The notes under the pieces are model-generated. The model saw only the letters and a list, made by a program, of their open reading frames with translations. It was not told the origin of the DNA and did no database searches. A program made the position numbers and the translations under genes. A DNA stretch of 64,000 nucleotides, taken from the NCBI RefSeq assembly GCF_006345805.1, contig NC_043014.1, positions 24,056,001 through 24,120,000 of the forward strand, read 5' to 3'. Positions 63,255 to 64,000 of this stretch are shown here, in pieces. This DNA comes from Octopus sinensis. Taxonomy: Eukaryota. Numbering within the stretch: position 1 is the stretch's first letter; every line of letters starts with the position of its first letter.

Positions 63255-64000
63255 ATATATATATCAGAAATTAAATAAATGACAAGAGAACTAGAAATTA
63301 TATAATGAACTTCATTAGCTCACAGCTGTTTCTACTATAAGATGCAGTGCAATTAAAGCTGAGTGCTCAGGTATCACCTTACAGTTTCATTGGAGCATAT
63401 GTATATTGAGTTCTCACACAAGGTTATTTGTATCATTATGCCTAAATGAAATATCGATGTGTGTGTGTGGGGAGGGGGGTTCAGACAAATTCGTTTTTTC
63501 CCCTTTTATTTTCATCCTTATTTTTCATCAACAATTTTAACAAATCAGTCAAGAATATATTGTCTTCATTGTTCACAACTTCTTGCATATGTTTCACTAG
63601 ACTGTCTATTCCTTAAAAGTAGAAATCACTGGCTGTTAACTCAAATAATTCATTGCACAATGTTTTCAGCTCCACATCATTGAAAAAGCTTCACAGAGAC
63701 TGACTGTAAAAGATGATAATCTGCAGGCACTATATTAAGAGAATATGGTGAGCGTGAAAGAACTTCCTAGTCAAGCTCTTGAATAGCATTTTTGGTCAAA
63801 TTAGTGATGTGGCAGTGAACATTGTTGTGTTGAAGAAGTATGCCATGTCATTGGTCAGGTCATTTCACTGGATTGCCTCATTAAGCCAGTGCATTTGCTG
63901 AACATGATGCTCTACATTGTCTGTGTGGTTGTTTTCAAGCATTTTTGTAGTGGATTAGCTCTTTCCAATCTCACCTAATATAGGTCATCACCTTGCATGG

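Overview
AT-rich, repeat-dense eukaryotic (metazoan) DNA. The repeat repertoire suggests a coleoid cephalopod such as Octopus, but that is inference. One host gene crosses most of the window on the minus strand: an F-box/LRR protein 13 (FBXL13/DRC6) ortholog. I could assemble 11 GT-AG coding exons (60903 down to 8394, 1238 nt, continuous open frame); its 5' exons lie beyond the right edge and its last exon is uncertain. The introns are filled with transposable elements: RTE LINEs and their 3' tails, R4/Dong-type RLE LINEs in (TAA)n, a young Tx1/L1-type LINE in a (CT)n microsatellite, a Gypsy-type LTR retrotransposon, a Penelope remnant, Tc1/mariner, hAT and Helitron elements, and tRNA-derived SINEs. 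Main observations: (1) the LTR element has no normal TGG primer-binding site; instead the 12 nt abutting its 5' LTR are exactly complementary to the 5' end (nt 1-12) of tRNA-Phe, suggesting priming by a 5' tRNA fragment; (2) several inverted-repeat elements carry type I hammerhead ribozyme motifs with palindromic loop 3; (3) two Merlin-like foldback elements have 8-bp TSDs, one with telomeric repeats and one with a captured LINE fragment that keeps a motif lost from the neighbouring full-length LINE.
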